Below are positions 9,585 through 19,565 of a stretch of DNA of 64,000 nucleotides, piece after piece. Where the stretch lies: contig CAYUTF010000003.1 of NCBI GenBank assembly GCA_964447495.1, positions 1-64,000 of the forward strand, read 5' to 3'. A program made the translations under genes and the position numbers. The notes beneath the pieces were generated by a model. That model saw nothing but the letters and a program-made list of their open reading frames with translations, did no database searches and was not told the origin of the DNA. Numbering within the stretch: position 1 is the stretch's first letter; every line of letters begins with the position of its first letter. Source of the DNA: an uncultured archaeon (GTDB lineage Archaea > Asgardarchaeota > Lokiarchaeia > Sigyniarchaeales > SOKP01).

Positions 9585-11291
9585 TTGAAAAGTTTAATGA
9601 AGTTTTCACAATCTGACGATCAATATGAGAACAGCAGTGAAAAAAAAGTAAAGAGGAAATATGAAAAGCTTGCGAAAGCCTCCTTCTTCTCTGTTTTAAA
9701 TACATATAGTACATTCATTTTCTCAATTATTTCCTCTTTTCTAATTGCAAGATTAATTGATGATATTCAATGGAGCTCTTTCACTGTAGCATTATCATTT
9801 ATTCAAATTATTGTCCTAATATTGAGATTCTTCCCCCCGGAATTAACTAATACCCTATATTATTATATCCCTCATTATCATTCTCTTGGTATGCATAGAG
9901 AGCTCAAAACTTTCATTTATAGAGCATTTACCATAAAACTAGTTTTTCTCATTCCAATTTTCCTAATTAGCGTAATATTTTTCAATTTCTTCTCGAGCAT
10001 TTTTCTAACAAATTGGACTTCAGAAAATGTGCAAATTTTAATCATCCTCTCTCCTCTCATCATAATAAATGATATCAATTTAGTATTAAACTCAATCAGT
10101 ATTGGATTTAACCGTTTCAAATTTGTTTTAATTCTTTCTATAATTCAATATTCGTGTTACATTAGCTTTTTGTTATATCATTTTATTTTTTACCAAACAA
10201 TCAATTTGATTTCTCTCTCTATAGCATTTCTAATTGCTACCACTATACCATTTATTTTTAATATAATTATAAACGTTATTAAGATGCGTGAACTGAAAGT
10301 AGAGGGTAAGAGTTCGTTTAAATTTAAACATGATTTTCAGAAAATTATTAAATATGGAGGATTTGTAAGAGCTGGTAACTTCTTTTCTGAAATTTTGGGA
10401 GATCTTCAAGTGATTGCAGTTAATTCTTTTGAACAACCCTCTGTAATGGCTATAAAAATCTCAAGGGATTTCATATCAGTTTCAAAAAATACCTCAAATG
10501 CTATTGCAAATCCATTGATAGTATCATTTACTTCTTCCATTGCTACAAAAGAAAGAGGCATAATTGTATCGATCTACAATACTATGTTGAAATATTTAAT
10601 TTTCTTCATCCATATAATTACTGGTGTGCTCTTTTTTAGTATCAGGATTCTAATTTTTTTGATATATGGCGAATCTCGCTTAATTTATTCCAATATTGTG
10701 AGCTTATATATATTTACTACAGTGTTCGTTATCATAACGATTCCTTTGGATTCATTATTGTTGGCTGATAATAAAACAAAAACTTTTTTTTATTTACGTT
10801 TTGGGGGATTCTGTTTACATCTTCCAGTCTTTTTAATATTGTTAATATTTTTTGGACTATATGAAGCCGTACTAGGGTTAAATCTCACTAATTTAGTTGT
10901 AGGGATACTGTATATGATTATAACGATTAAATCAAAAGCAATAAAGATTGATATCAAACGAATCTGCTTACATTATTTAGTATTTTTCATGGCAATAGTC
11001 TTTACTTTTGGTTTGGAATTCTTATTTCTTAACAATTTGAATAGTCTACTGTGGTCTTCCTTGAATTTTATGGTTATTAGTGACTTTAATATCTTTAGCG
11101 TTTTATCATTTGTCCTGATTTATTTCCTTCTTATAGGATTATTCAGAATTTTGACTCCGACTGACATCGAAAACTTACAGTTATTTTTAAGTAAAGAGAA
11201 GCAAATACATAAAATAACTAATAAATTACTGAATATATTTAAGAAAATCTTACAAAAATTATCACGAAATGATTCAAATCCTCCAATCTAA
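9585..11291 (+). CDS. Oligosaccharide flippase (Wzx/MOP superfamily)
   Basis: About 14 TM helices, N-terminal pattern typical of polysaccharide exporters, adjacent GT4. Confidence 0.75.
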   Translation: MKSLMKFSQSDDQYENSSEKKVKRKYEKLAKASFFSVLNTYSTFIFSIISSFLIARLIDDIQWSSFTVALSFIQIIVLILRFFPPELTNTLYYYIPHYHSLGMHRELKTFIYRAFTIKLVFLIPIFLISVIFFNFFSSIFLTNWTSENVQILIILSPLIIINDINLVLNSISIGFNRFKFVLILSIIQYSCYISFLLYHFIFYQTINLISLSIAFLIATTIPFIFNIIINVIKMRELKVEGKSSFKFKHDFQKIIKYGGFVRAGNFFSEILGDLQVIAVNSFEQPSVMAIKISRDFISVSKNTSNAIANPLIVSFTSSIATKERGIIVSIYNTMLKYLIFFIHIITGVLFFSIRILIFLIYGESRLIYSNIVSLYIFTTVFVIITIPLDSLLLADNKTKTFFYLRFGGFCLHLPVFLILLIFFGLYEAVLGLNLTNLVVGILYMIITIKSKAIKIDIKRICLHYLVFFMAIVFTFGLEFLFLNNLNSLLWSSLNFMVISDFNIFSVLSFVLIYFLLIGLFRILTPTDIENLQLFLSKEKQIHKITNKLLNIFKKILQKLSRNDSNPPI

Positions 11292-11369
11292 ATTGGTAGA
11301 TGTCTTGATGAACTTGAAGAATTAAAAAAATTTAATACTATTTAAAATTTAATACTACTTGAATAAAAA

Positions 11370-12551
11370 TTGAAAGAGCTCAAACCTCGAGTTTTGATGG
11401 TATCATATCCATTTGACAAAAATGTACCTGCAGGAGGAAGTCTTCAAGCGATAAGACTAAGTAAGGATTTAATTAAGAAGTTACCAGTTATAGCAATTGG
11501 TTCCTCCATAAGTAAAGAGAAAAAAAAAACCACTTTTGAATATGTGGAAGGAATTCCAACTTATAGATTATGCTTTCCTATGAAGAGACCAAGAGTATTA
11601 AGAACATTAGATTTATTAATTTTGATGATTAAGATAAGAAATAAATTTGATATCGTTCATTTCCATGGATTTGACATGTATCCTATTTGCGCTTTTGCAA
11701 AATTGATACTGAGGAAAAAAACTATCATAAAAATCACGTTAACCGGTCAAGATGATCCAGTTAGTAAGTTAAATGAAGCATCATTATTTTTTAACTTTAA
11801 ATTTAAATTTAGAATTATAAAATTATTCTTATTTAACCAAATTGATAAAGTTATCACTATATCTGATGAGCTTTATTTTAATTCAAAAAGAGTATTCCCC
11901 GAATCCAAGCTCATGAGAATCCCGAATGGTGTTGATATCACTACTTTTTGTGAAGTTAATAAAGAACGTAGAAATATTATATGTAAAAAATTAAATTTTA
12001 ACCTGGAGGATAATATTGCTTTATACGTGGGTCATCTTGGAAAGAGGAAAGGAATCCCAGAACTAGTAGAAGCTTGGAAACATGTCGAGAATGTTAAATT
12101 AATTTTACTTGGATCATTTTTTCTTGAGGGTTTTGATCCTAATAGCTTTCGTTCATTTGTCGATGAAATCAAAACAAATAAAAATATAATCCACTTTCCC
12201 TATAATAACAACCCTGAAGAATTTTATCAAATTGCAGACCTTTTTATTTTCCCTTCAAAAAGAGAGGGTTTACCTAATGCGGTTTTAGAAGCTATGAGTT
12301 GCAATGTTCCTATTCTTGCTCTTAAAGCAAATTGGACCAAAGGCTTGTTAGATTCAAATAATTCCATCATGATCGACAACTTAAATCCAAGAACTATAGC
12401 AGAAGAAATCAATTGCTTTTTTAATAATCATCAAAACCATAAGAAAAATGAAATCAAGAATCAGACTAGAAAAGTAATAGAAAAGAACTTCTCTTTATCA
12501 AAGATTGCTCAGAATTTTCTTTCTCTTTATTTGGAGTTATTTATAAAATGA
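11370..12551 (+). CDS. GT4 glycosyltransferase
   Basis: IPNGVD, VGHLGKRKG, PSKREGLPNAVLEAMS (EX7E). Confidence 0.92.
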   Translation: MKELKPRVLMVSYPFDKNVPAGGSLQAIRLSKDLIKKLPVIAIGSSISKEKKKTTFEYVEGIPTYRLCFPMKRPRVLRTLDLLILMIKIRNKFDIVHFHGFDMYPICAFAKLILRKKTIIKITLTGQDDPVSKLNEASLFFNFKFKFRIIKLFLFNQIDKVITISDELYFNSKRVFPESKLMRIPNGVDITTFCEVNKERRNIICKKLNFNLEDNIALYVGHLGKRKGIPELVEAWKHVENVKLILLGSFFLEGFDPNSFRSFVDEIKTNKNIIHFPYNNNPEEFYQIADLFIFPSKREGLPNAVLEAMSCNVPILALKANWTKGLLDSNNSIMIDNLNPRTIAEEINCFFNNHQNHKKNEIKNQTRKVIEKNFSLSKIAQNFLSLYLELFIK

Positions 12552-12688
12552 CTGCAAAGGCAGCAATTATAAAAATTAAAATTCTTCTTTATTAGAAATG
12601 TCTAGTTCTTATTTATTATTTGAGATAAATAGGATTAATATAATTTAATAATTATTTTCCATTTTGAAGTGCAATTTTTAAGAGTTAG

Positions 12689-13459
12689 TTATAATCCTAT
12701 AGCATGGTTACTATTCTTTTTAATATATATGAACATCCAAGCCAAATATGGCTTTATTTCTATGTTTTCTATATGAACTTTGGATAAAATTTCTCTTACT
12801 TCTCTGGCAATATAACCTGCTTTTAATGAGCCTAATGGTTCTTTAATTTCTTTCAAGGCTTTAGGCACAACAACTTTAGTAGCAAAAGTTAATAACCCAT
12901 AGAAAAACTTACGCGAGTCTCTGCGAAAATCAAAAATCAATAATGTACCTTCCCTTTTCAAAATTCGAAGTAATTCTTTAAAAGCTAATTTTGGATCAGA
13001 CCAATGATGGAGTGAAAGTGAACTAATTATAAAATCGACAGAATTATCCGGAAAGGGCAAATTTTCTACATTAGCTTTTTTAAATTCTACTTTTTTATTT
13101 AATTCAATTTTAACGGCTCTTTTTTTAGCTAAATCAAGAATTTCATCTGATATATCGATTCCTATTAAATCTAAATTTTCAAATTTTTGAGCAATTTGAA
13201 CAATCAAGTGTCCAGACCCACAACCTACATCTAAAAATAGACCATTCAGATCACATTTATCCAATTCAGAAAGTATCTTCCTCCGCAAAATCTTAAAGGG
13301 GAAAAAACTTGCCATTTTCTCGAATGCTCTTGCGACCTCTGAACTATCAAGTCCTTCGATACTAGATTGTCTTTTATTTTTTTTCCGTGGCAAGCTAAAA
13401 ATTAAAAATACAATAATAAAGATTCCAATTATTAGAATTGATACAAGCCAGATATTCAT
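12689..13459 (-). CDS. Class I SAM-dependent methyltransferase with N-terminal TM anchor
   Basis: LDVGCGSG, GIDIS, LPFPDNSVD, SLHHW. Confidence 0.9.
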   Translation of the reverse strand: MNIWLVSILIIGIFIIVFLIFSLPRKKNKRQSSIEGLDSSEVARAFEKMASFFPFKILRRKILSELDKCDLNGLFLDVGCGSGHLIVQIAQKFENLDLIGIDISDEILDLAKKRAVKIELNKKVEFKKANVENLPFPDNSVDFIISSLSLHHWSDPKLAFKELLRILKREGTLLIFDFRRDSRKFFYGLLTFATKVVVPKALKEIKEPLGSLKAGYIAREVREILSKVHIENIEIKPYLAWMFIYIKKNSNHAIGL

Positions 13460-13512
13460 AACTTAAAGAAAGTGATCAAAAATATAAATACTATGATTTG
13501 TATCTGACTTTT

Positions 13513-13938
13513 TTAGAGAAAAGATTGTAATGATGATGATCTAAACTCGTAAGCTTTTTTCAGCAATATTTTCGCATTTTTATATGTAACTTGTTTAATT
13601 GCTTTATCTATAGGCAACCATTTAAAATCTTCATGTTCATAACTTAGCTTTACATCTTTATTATTTGATTCTATCAGATAACATCTAACAAATTTATGAA
13701 TTATTTGTCCTTTAAATTTGAAAGAATATTCATAATCCTCTTTAAATCTTTTCACGATGTGAGCGTTTGTAATACCAGTTTCCTCTTTTAGTTCTCTAAT
13801 TATTGTTTCTTCTTCAGTCTCTCCTTCTTCTATATGCCCTTTAACAAATTCCCAGTGTCCTAATCCATATTTGAGCAGCAAATACTCATTATGATGATAT
13901 ACTATTGCAGCCACAGATTTCTCTTCCTTTACTCTCAT
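13513..13938 (-). CDS. Nudix hydrolase, Ap4A hydrolase-like
   Basis: HWEFVKGHIEEGETEEETIIRELKEETG Nudix box; LSYEHEDFKW. Confidence 0.88.
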   Translation of the reverse strand: MRVKEEKSVAAIVYHHNEYLLLKYGLGHWEFVKGHIEEGETEEETIIRELKEETGITNAHIVKRFKEDYEYSFKFKGQIIHKFVRCYLIESNNKDVKLSYEHEDFKWLPIDKAIKQVTYKNAKILLKKAYEFRSSSLQSFL

Positions 13939-14153
13939 TATTACTTAGAAAATTCAATTTAATTAAAATATTGCAATTAGAAACTCTTATTTAAAAAGAA
14001 GAAAGAATTCAGATGATTAATTTTCTTCTATATTAAAAATGTCTATTTTTCAGAAGATTTAATGATCTTAGGAGTATCACACTTAAATAATATTAGGAAT
14101 AATTATTCACTATTATTATATTTGAAATCATAGTTTCCAATTAGGTAAGGTAA

Positions 14154-15089
14154 ATGATAAATTTTAGTCGAGAACAACAAGTTTTAGAGATTGAAGGAAT
14201 TAAACTTGGAGGAAAAGTTGGAGAATATCCCACTGTTTTGATAGGAAGCCTTTTTCATAAAGGAGATAAAAAAGTATCTGATGAAAAAAAGGGTTTATTC
14301 GATAAAAAGAAAGTTGAAGAGTTGATATATTTACAGAAAGAACTTTCTGATAAATCGGGAAATCCATGTATGCTTGATATCGCAGGAACACACGAAAGTG
14401 CCCTACAAAAATACGTTCAATTTGTAGCAGAGATATCAAATGACCCATTTTTATTGAATGCAGTTTCTCCTGAATTAAGAATAAATCTAATGAAATATAT
14501 TATAGAAATTGGTTTAGAAAAAAGGGCAATCTATACATCGATCAATTATACTATTACAGAAGAGGAAATCAATGGTATTTTAGAGTGTAATGTTGAAACT
14601 GCTATAATTCAATCACTCAATCCGAGAAATCCACGAATTAAAGGAATAATTGATATTCTAAAAGGAACGGATAAGGAAGAGGGTTTAATCGATAAAGCTA
14701 AAAAAGCAGGATTAAAAAAACTACTGCTCTTTACTAGTGTGTTTGAAATTCCTTCCATAGGTGTTGCTTCAAGAAACATTTATACGCTAAAAGAAGAGTT
14801 TGGATTTCCTACGGGTACAGCTCCAGTGGGAGTAATAGGGAGATGGTGTATTAAAAATGATACATTTACTGGAAAATTTAAGCAAGCTTGTGAAGCGACG
14901 GGGATTGCTTTAGCATTAGCTATGGGAGCAGATTTTATTATTTATGGAACATTAGAAAAAGCCGAATATATATTTCCATCAACAGCTATAGTGGACGCAA
15001 TGATACGCAGAAACTCAAAAATGAACTTTAAACATAAATTTGAATCTACTAAAGACCATCCAATATCTAAACTCTATTTTCCTTTATAA
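14154..15089 (+). CDS. mtrH: Tetrahydromethanopterin S-methyltransferase subunit H (MtrH-like)
   Basis: GGKVGEYPTVLIGSLF, SGNPCMLD, GADFIIYG, HPISKL. Confidence 0.85.
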   Translation: MINFSREQQVLEIEGIKLGGKVGEYPTVLIGSLFHKGDKKVSDEKKGLFDKKKVEELIYLQKELSDKSGNPCMLDIAGTHESALQKYVQFVAEISNDPFLLNAVSPELRINLMKYIIEIGLEKRAIYTSINYTITEEEINGILECNVETAIIQSLNPRNPRIKGIIDILKGTDKEEGLIDKAKKAGLKKLLLFTSVFEIPSIGVASRNIYTLKEEFGFPTGTAPVGVIGRWCIKNDTFTGKFKQACEATGIALALAMGADFIIYGTLEKAEYIFPSTAIVDAMIRRNSKMNFKHKFESTKDHPISKLYFPL

Positions 15090-15227
15090 TAAATTAAATG
15101 AACAGAATTTATTATAAAATTAGAAAAGTGAAAGTAAAATTTGTTAAAAATTGGACTACTTTAAACTTAATTTTGACTTAAAAATCAATATGATATAATA
15201 TTACTCTATTAATTGATGATATAAAAG

Positions 15228-16673
15228 ATGAATAATACAAATTATGAAAGTTTTGAGCCAGAAAAAGGTACACCCTCAAGAAATGGTCATTTGTTTCAGA
15301 TAGATTTCTTAAAAGCAGTGATGATTTTTCTTGTAATTTTCGACCACATGGTATCGTGGAATATTAAAGAAAATATTGGAGTAGCTTTATGGGAAAGAAT
15401 ATCGATACCTGTATTTTTAGTAATCCTTGGGTTTAATATGGGATTATCATTTCAACGAAAAGGAGTTTCTAAATTAAAGGAATTATATTCTTGGAGTTAT
15501 TTTAAGGAAAAATTCAAAAGATTTGTAATGCCTTTTCTTATTTTATATGCAGCATCGACTTTTATTGGCTTATTCATGTATGGATTTAACTTCAATTCTA
15601 TGTATAACACACAATTCTCCCCAGATCATGGATTTATACAATTATTTACAGGTATTTTACCATTTTGGGGTCCTGGTAATTGGTTTATACCTGTTATTTT
15701 CAGTTTCATCCTAATAGCTCCATTATTATACTGGGTTTTCACGAAAAACAAGATATTCGCATTAATTCTATGTTTCTTGATTGAAATTTCTATGCAAATG
15801 ATCGTATATTTCTTAATCGGGGAAATTACATCATGGGAAGAATTATATTTCTTAAATGTATTCATGACAAACATTCTATTCTATCTCTCAGCTGTAGGGT
15901 TAGGTATGTGGTTTTCATTTGGCCATAAACTTACTGCTAAAAGAAATATATTCATGTGGATATTATTTCCAATCAGCTTGGGATATTTAATAGTTTATCA
16001 ATTCTTTGGGTTTCGGCTCAGAATTGATAATATTCCACTTATACGAGGAGATTATAGCTTATTTGTTTTTCCATACTCAGCATTCCTAGTTTTACTAGCT
16101 CTGCAATTTTTACCAAATAGCTCAAATACAAGGATTTCAAAAACTATTTCCTTAATTGGAAAATCAACATATCACATCCTACTTACCCAGATACTTGGAT
16201 ATGGAATGATCACTGCCTGGTGGGGAACACACTATGGAATGGATATACCTTTTGACCCATCTGATATAATAGATCTAGTAGTACTCTGGATTCTGTTTAT
16301 TTGGTTTGGAATTTTATGGTTCAAAATTGAACATCAAAAACATCTGACAAGAAGGATTCTATACTATAGTAACTTCTTTATGGTATTCCCCTCTCTTTTG
16401 TTTCTCTCCTTCTGGTTACAAGGTTTTTGGGTTCCAATACCACTGATCATTATTATTATTTATGCCATTGCCGCTTTAGTAATCCATTATATTATTAAAA
16501 AGCCGATATCTACAAAATTATTGGCAATCTGGACAGGTTTTCTGTTGATTAACTTTATTTCGATGATTCTTCAAGTTGAAATCCTCTTACCAAACCAATA
16601 TTGGCTTACGTTAATTCCAATTGGAGGGTATTTTCTTTTTGCTTTGATTTATACAGCAGTGAGCAAAAAGTAA
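15228..16673 (+). CDS. Acyltransferase-3 family (OafA-like) membrane O-acyltransferase
   Basis: IDFLKAVMIFLVIFDH, IPVFLVILG, KRFVMPF, WFIPV, IGKSTYHILL; many TM helices. Confidence 0.8.
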   Translation: MNNTNYESFEPEKGTPSRNGHLFQIDFLKAVMIFLVIFDHMVSWNIKENIGVALWERISIPVFLVILGFNMGLSFQRKGVSKLKELYSWSYFKEKFKRFVMPFLILYAASTFIGLFMYGFNFNSMYNTQFSPDHGFIQLFTGILPFWGPGNWFIPVIFSFILIAPLLYWVFTKNKIFALILCFLIEISMQMIVYFLIGEITSWEELYFLNVFMTNILFYLSAVGLGMWFSFGHKLTAKRNIFMWILFPISLGYLIVYQFFGFRLRIDNIPLIRGDYSLFVFPYSAFLVLLALQFLPNSSNTRISKTISLIGKSTYHILLTQILGYGMITAWWGTHYGMDIPFDPSDIIDLVVLWILFIWFGILWFKIEHQKHLTRRILYYSNFFMVFPSLLFLSFWLQGFWVPIPLIIIIIYAIAALVIHYIIKKPISTKLLAIWTGFLLINFISMILQVEILLPNQYWLTLIPIGGYFLFALIYTAVSKK

Positions 16674-16751
16674 TCTAAATTCTTCTTTTATTTTTTTAGA
16701 TTTCTTTCCTTTTCTATGATAAATGTTGGTTTTAATGTTAAATTTCTATGA

Positions 16752-17292
16752 TTAGATGAAAAAGGGAACCGCAAGCGCCAAAATACCAATTATAATTGGA
16801 AATATACTCATAATTAATAAAATTAAACCGATTATCGCTGCAATCACCTCAAATATAGGGAAATTTGTTTCATTTATGCCTTTAGCGCTAAATACCACTG
16901 CTACTATGGAAAAAGGGATTACCAATAAATATAAATAAAAATTTGCTACTGTCCCCCGAATCGTAAAATAAATAAAATCCCTCATAAAAGCTCGGCGGAG
17001 TTACAATTAGGTAAATTAATAGCCCAATAATCGCGGAAATTATTGAAATAATTGCATATTTTGTGAAATAATCTTGAATTCTTCTTGGAATCTGCCACCC
17101 AATATCACGAAGCTTTATAAGTAAAATCCCAATCCCTCCCAATACTACTAAGAGAATCCCCACAAGTATCGCTGGAAATCCACCAGAGCTTAAAAGCCCA
17201 GACGTTCCCATATCGAATCCTAATAATAACAATCCTAAAAGCATTACTAAAAGCGGAATTTTATACCTTTCTTGAAGGAAATTTCCAACCAT
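16752..17292 (-). pseudogene. Frameshifted membrane protein gene
   Basis: Two overlapping hydrophobic ORFs (16888-17292 and 16752-16985) join as ...TPPSF/MRDFIYF... if one base of the A4 run at 16986-16989 is removed. Confidence 0.55.
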
Positions 17293-17453
17293 AATAATTA
17301 TATATTTAGATGTTTATCTTTAAAAAGATTTATTCCATTCAATACCGTTGGATAATAAAGAAGGAGGTTAGTAGCCATGTTATCTTTTCTTTATTTTACG
17401 TAATACTTTAATTAAATTCTCTATTTGGTTAGAAACTTGTCTATTATCCTTGC

Positions 17454-18002
17454 TTAATTTTTTTCCTTACAATTTGGGCACACAGAGACTCCCTCATCCA
17501 ATGGAGCTCCGCAATGCTTGCAAATGCGTTCTTCCCTATCCTCAGTTTTCTTGGTTGAGGGGACGACATTTGTTTGGGCTGCCGCATCCAAATCATCTGG
17601 GGGGCTCGGAGGATTATAAATATAGGGATATGGAAACCCAGGAAAACGGTCTTTTCCAGAATCTAATAAATTTCTGCCTAAGTGTATATCTTTATCTGCG
17701 GACACTAATAGAATTGCATTTGGACCAGCCTTGGAAACTAAAAGATAGCCGTCACTCCCTTTAATGGAGAGTTCATCGAAATCTCCCCTATTCATGTCAA
17801 AGATTGCCTGTTTTGATAATGAGAATAGAGCTGCGCTCAATGCAGCAATCTTGGTCTCATCGATATCGCGAGGTAAAATCCAGGAAATCGGCAGACCTTC
17901 AGTCGAGGCGATAGCTACTGCTCTTACTCCTGAGATTGCGGCTAATAATTTTTTAAGTAAATCATCGAGCGAATCTGGTGTACTGGGCTCCACTTTGGAC
18001 AT
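17454..18002 (-). CDS. Roadblock/LC7 (MglB-like) protein with Pro-rich linker and C-terminal Zn ribbon
   Basis: VAIASTEGLPIS...IAALSAAL...LSIKGSDGYLLV; FPYPYIYNPPSPPDD; CKHC..CPNC. Confidence 0.88.
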   Translation of the reverse strand: MSKVEPSTPDSLDDLLKKLLAAISGVRAVAIASTEGLPISWILPRDIDETKIAALSAALFSLSKQAIFDMNRGDFDELSIKGSDGYLLVSKAGPNAILLVSADKDIHLGRNLLDSGKDRFPGFPYPYIYNPPSPPDDLDAAAQTNVVPSTKKTEDREERICKHCGAPLDEGVSVCPNCKEKN

Positions 18003-18182
18003 TCTCCATTTTATACCAAAAATTATTTGACGAGGATTAAAAGTCTTACGAAAAGGAATTGTTCTGTAATATTTATTTATTTCTACTCCACTATCATTAT
18101 AGATAATATAACTTTTTATGTTATTAATTTTATAATTGAATTGATAAGATAAAACCCGATTTCAAAGAGGAGGTTTCACAGA

Positions 18183-19532
18183 ATGTACGATAAGAATTTT
18201 AAAATCATCATTTTTGGAGATGGCGGAACGCCTAAACAAGAACTCGTCCAGCGATTTTTAACTAATTTATATACTACAGACTCAAAAATGACGATAGGCG
18301 TAGATTTTAATGTAAAGAGTCTCATTGTTGATAAACAGAAAGTTAAATTACAAATTTGGGTTTTTGGAGGAGAGGAACGATTTCGGTGTCTTATTCCAAC
18401 TTACGTAAGAAGGGCTCGGGGTGGTATTTTCGTTTATGATATAACCAATTACTCAACGCTCGCCCATATTGATGACTGGTTAAAGATAATAAGGAAAGAA
18501 ATTGGTGTAGAAGATTGTTTTCCCATATTAGTCGTTGGAGGAAATGCAGAGCTAAGCGAGTATCGAGAAGTACCGGCCGAGGATGTCATCAAAATAGCGA
18601 AACCAAGAGGTCTTGATGGCTTTATAGAGTGTAGCGCCAAAACGGGAGAGAATGTAGAGGAAGCATTTAAAGCCTTAACAAGGTTAATCTTAAATTGCCC
18701 TCAAACAAGAGAAACTGGAGTTAGAACTGCTATTACTGATACAAACAGATATGATGTAACACATCCTGCTAGATTAGATCAGTATAAACCAAGAGAACTT
18801 GGTGCAACAGTTCCAGCTACTCCCGTTAGTTTAAGAGGGGCAATAATGAGTGAATTAAAACAAATATTAAATACACGAGTTTCGCAAAAAAATGAGAACA
18901 GAACTAGAGATATGAAGGAAAGAAGGGAAGAAATAGAAAAAATTCTTTCCAAAATCCTTGATAATAATAGGTTTCATCCCCCAACTTCCTCTACACAAAA
19001 ATATTTGGAACAACCTAATAGTACTGTTAAAATTGGTATAGATCAAGCGAAACAGAGTATATTGGATGATCCTGAAATAAAAATAAAAAGAATTCTGGAA
19101 TTGGAAAAGGAAAAAAAGAGAGAACAATCATTTTCACGAATAATCAAACGACTACAAGAAGCAACTCAACTCAAGGATAAAATGTTTATGGAACAGGATT
19201 TAGGAGAGTGGTTAGAAACTTTGAAGGGTTTAAAGAAGGGATGTGAAGAAATATTAATGTTTCTCAGAGATAAGAATCAAGAATATTATCATCATATTTC
19301 ATTTGAACAATGGAAATATTTACTAAGGGTCTCTTCAGAAATGTTAGAAGAATTCAAAGCGAATTCCTCATCTTTTTATAAAATGAGCGATGATACTAAA
19401 ATCAACCTCTATATTTTGTTTGAAATTTTTATCCCTTGTCGGGAAATATTAGGCGACGGTTCATTTGGGAAAAATGTTAAAGTAACCTTTGAGGAATATC
19501 TAAAAATGCTCAAACGAAAAAGAAATTCGTAA
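18183..19532 (+). CDS. Rab-like small GTPase domain (degenerate G1/G3/G4) fused to a long helical C-terminus
   Basis: FKIIIFGDGGTPK, TIGVDF, KLQIWVFGGEERF, FVYDIT, ECSAKTGENVEEAF. Confidence 0.88.
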   Translation: MYDKNFKIIIFGDGGTPKQELVQRFLTNLYTTDSKMTIGVDFNVKSLIVDKQKVKLQIWVFGGEERFRCLIPTYVRRARGGIFVYDITNYSTLAHIDDWLKIIRKEIGVEDCFPILVVGGNAELSEYREVPAEDVIKIAKPRGLDGFIECSAKTGENVEEAFKALTRLILNCPQTRETGVRTAITDTNRYDVTHPARLDQYKPRELGATVPATPVSLRGAIMSELKQILNTRVSQKNENRTRDMKERREEIEKILSKILDNNRFHPPTSSTQKYLEQPNSTVKIGIDQAKQSILDDPEIKIKRILELEKEKKREQSFSRIIKRLQEATQLKDKMFMEQDLGEWLETLKGLKKGCEEILMFLRDKNQEYYHHISFEQWKYLLRVSSEMLEEFKANSSSFYKMSDDTKINLYILFEIFIPCREILGDGSFGKNVKVTFEEYLKMLKRKRNS

Positions 19533-19565
19533 ATACCTAGAAAAGTATGGGAAATCAGTATAGAT

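Noticed and set aside
14154-15089. Evidence of methanogenesis from mtrH (and SepCysS)
   Set aside because: No other mtr or mcr genes in the window; both genes occur in non-methanogens.
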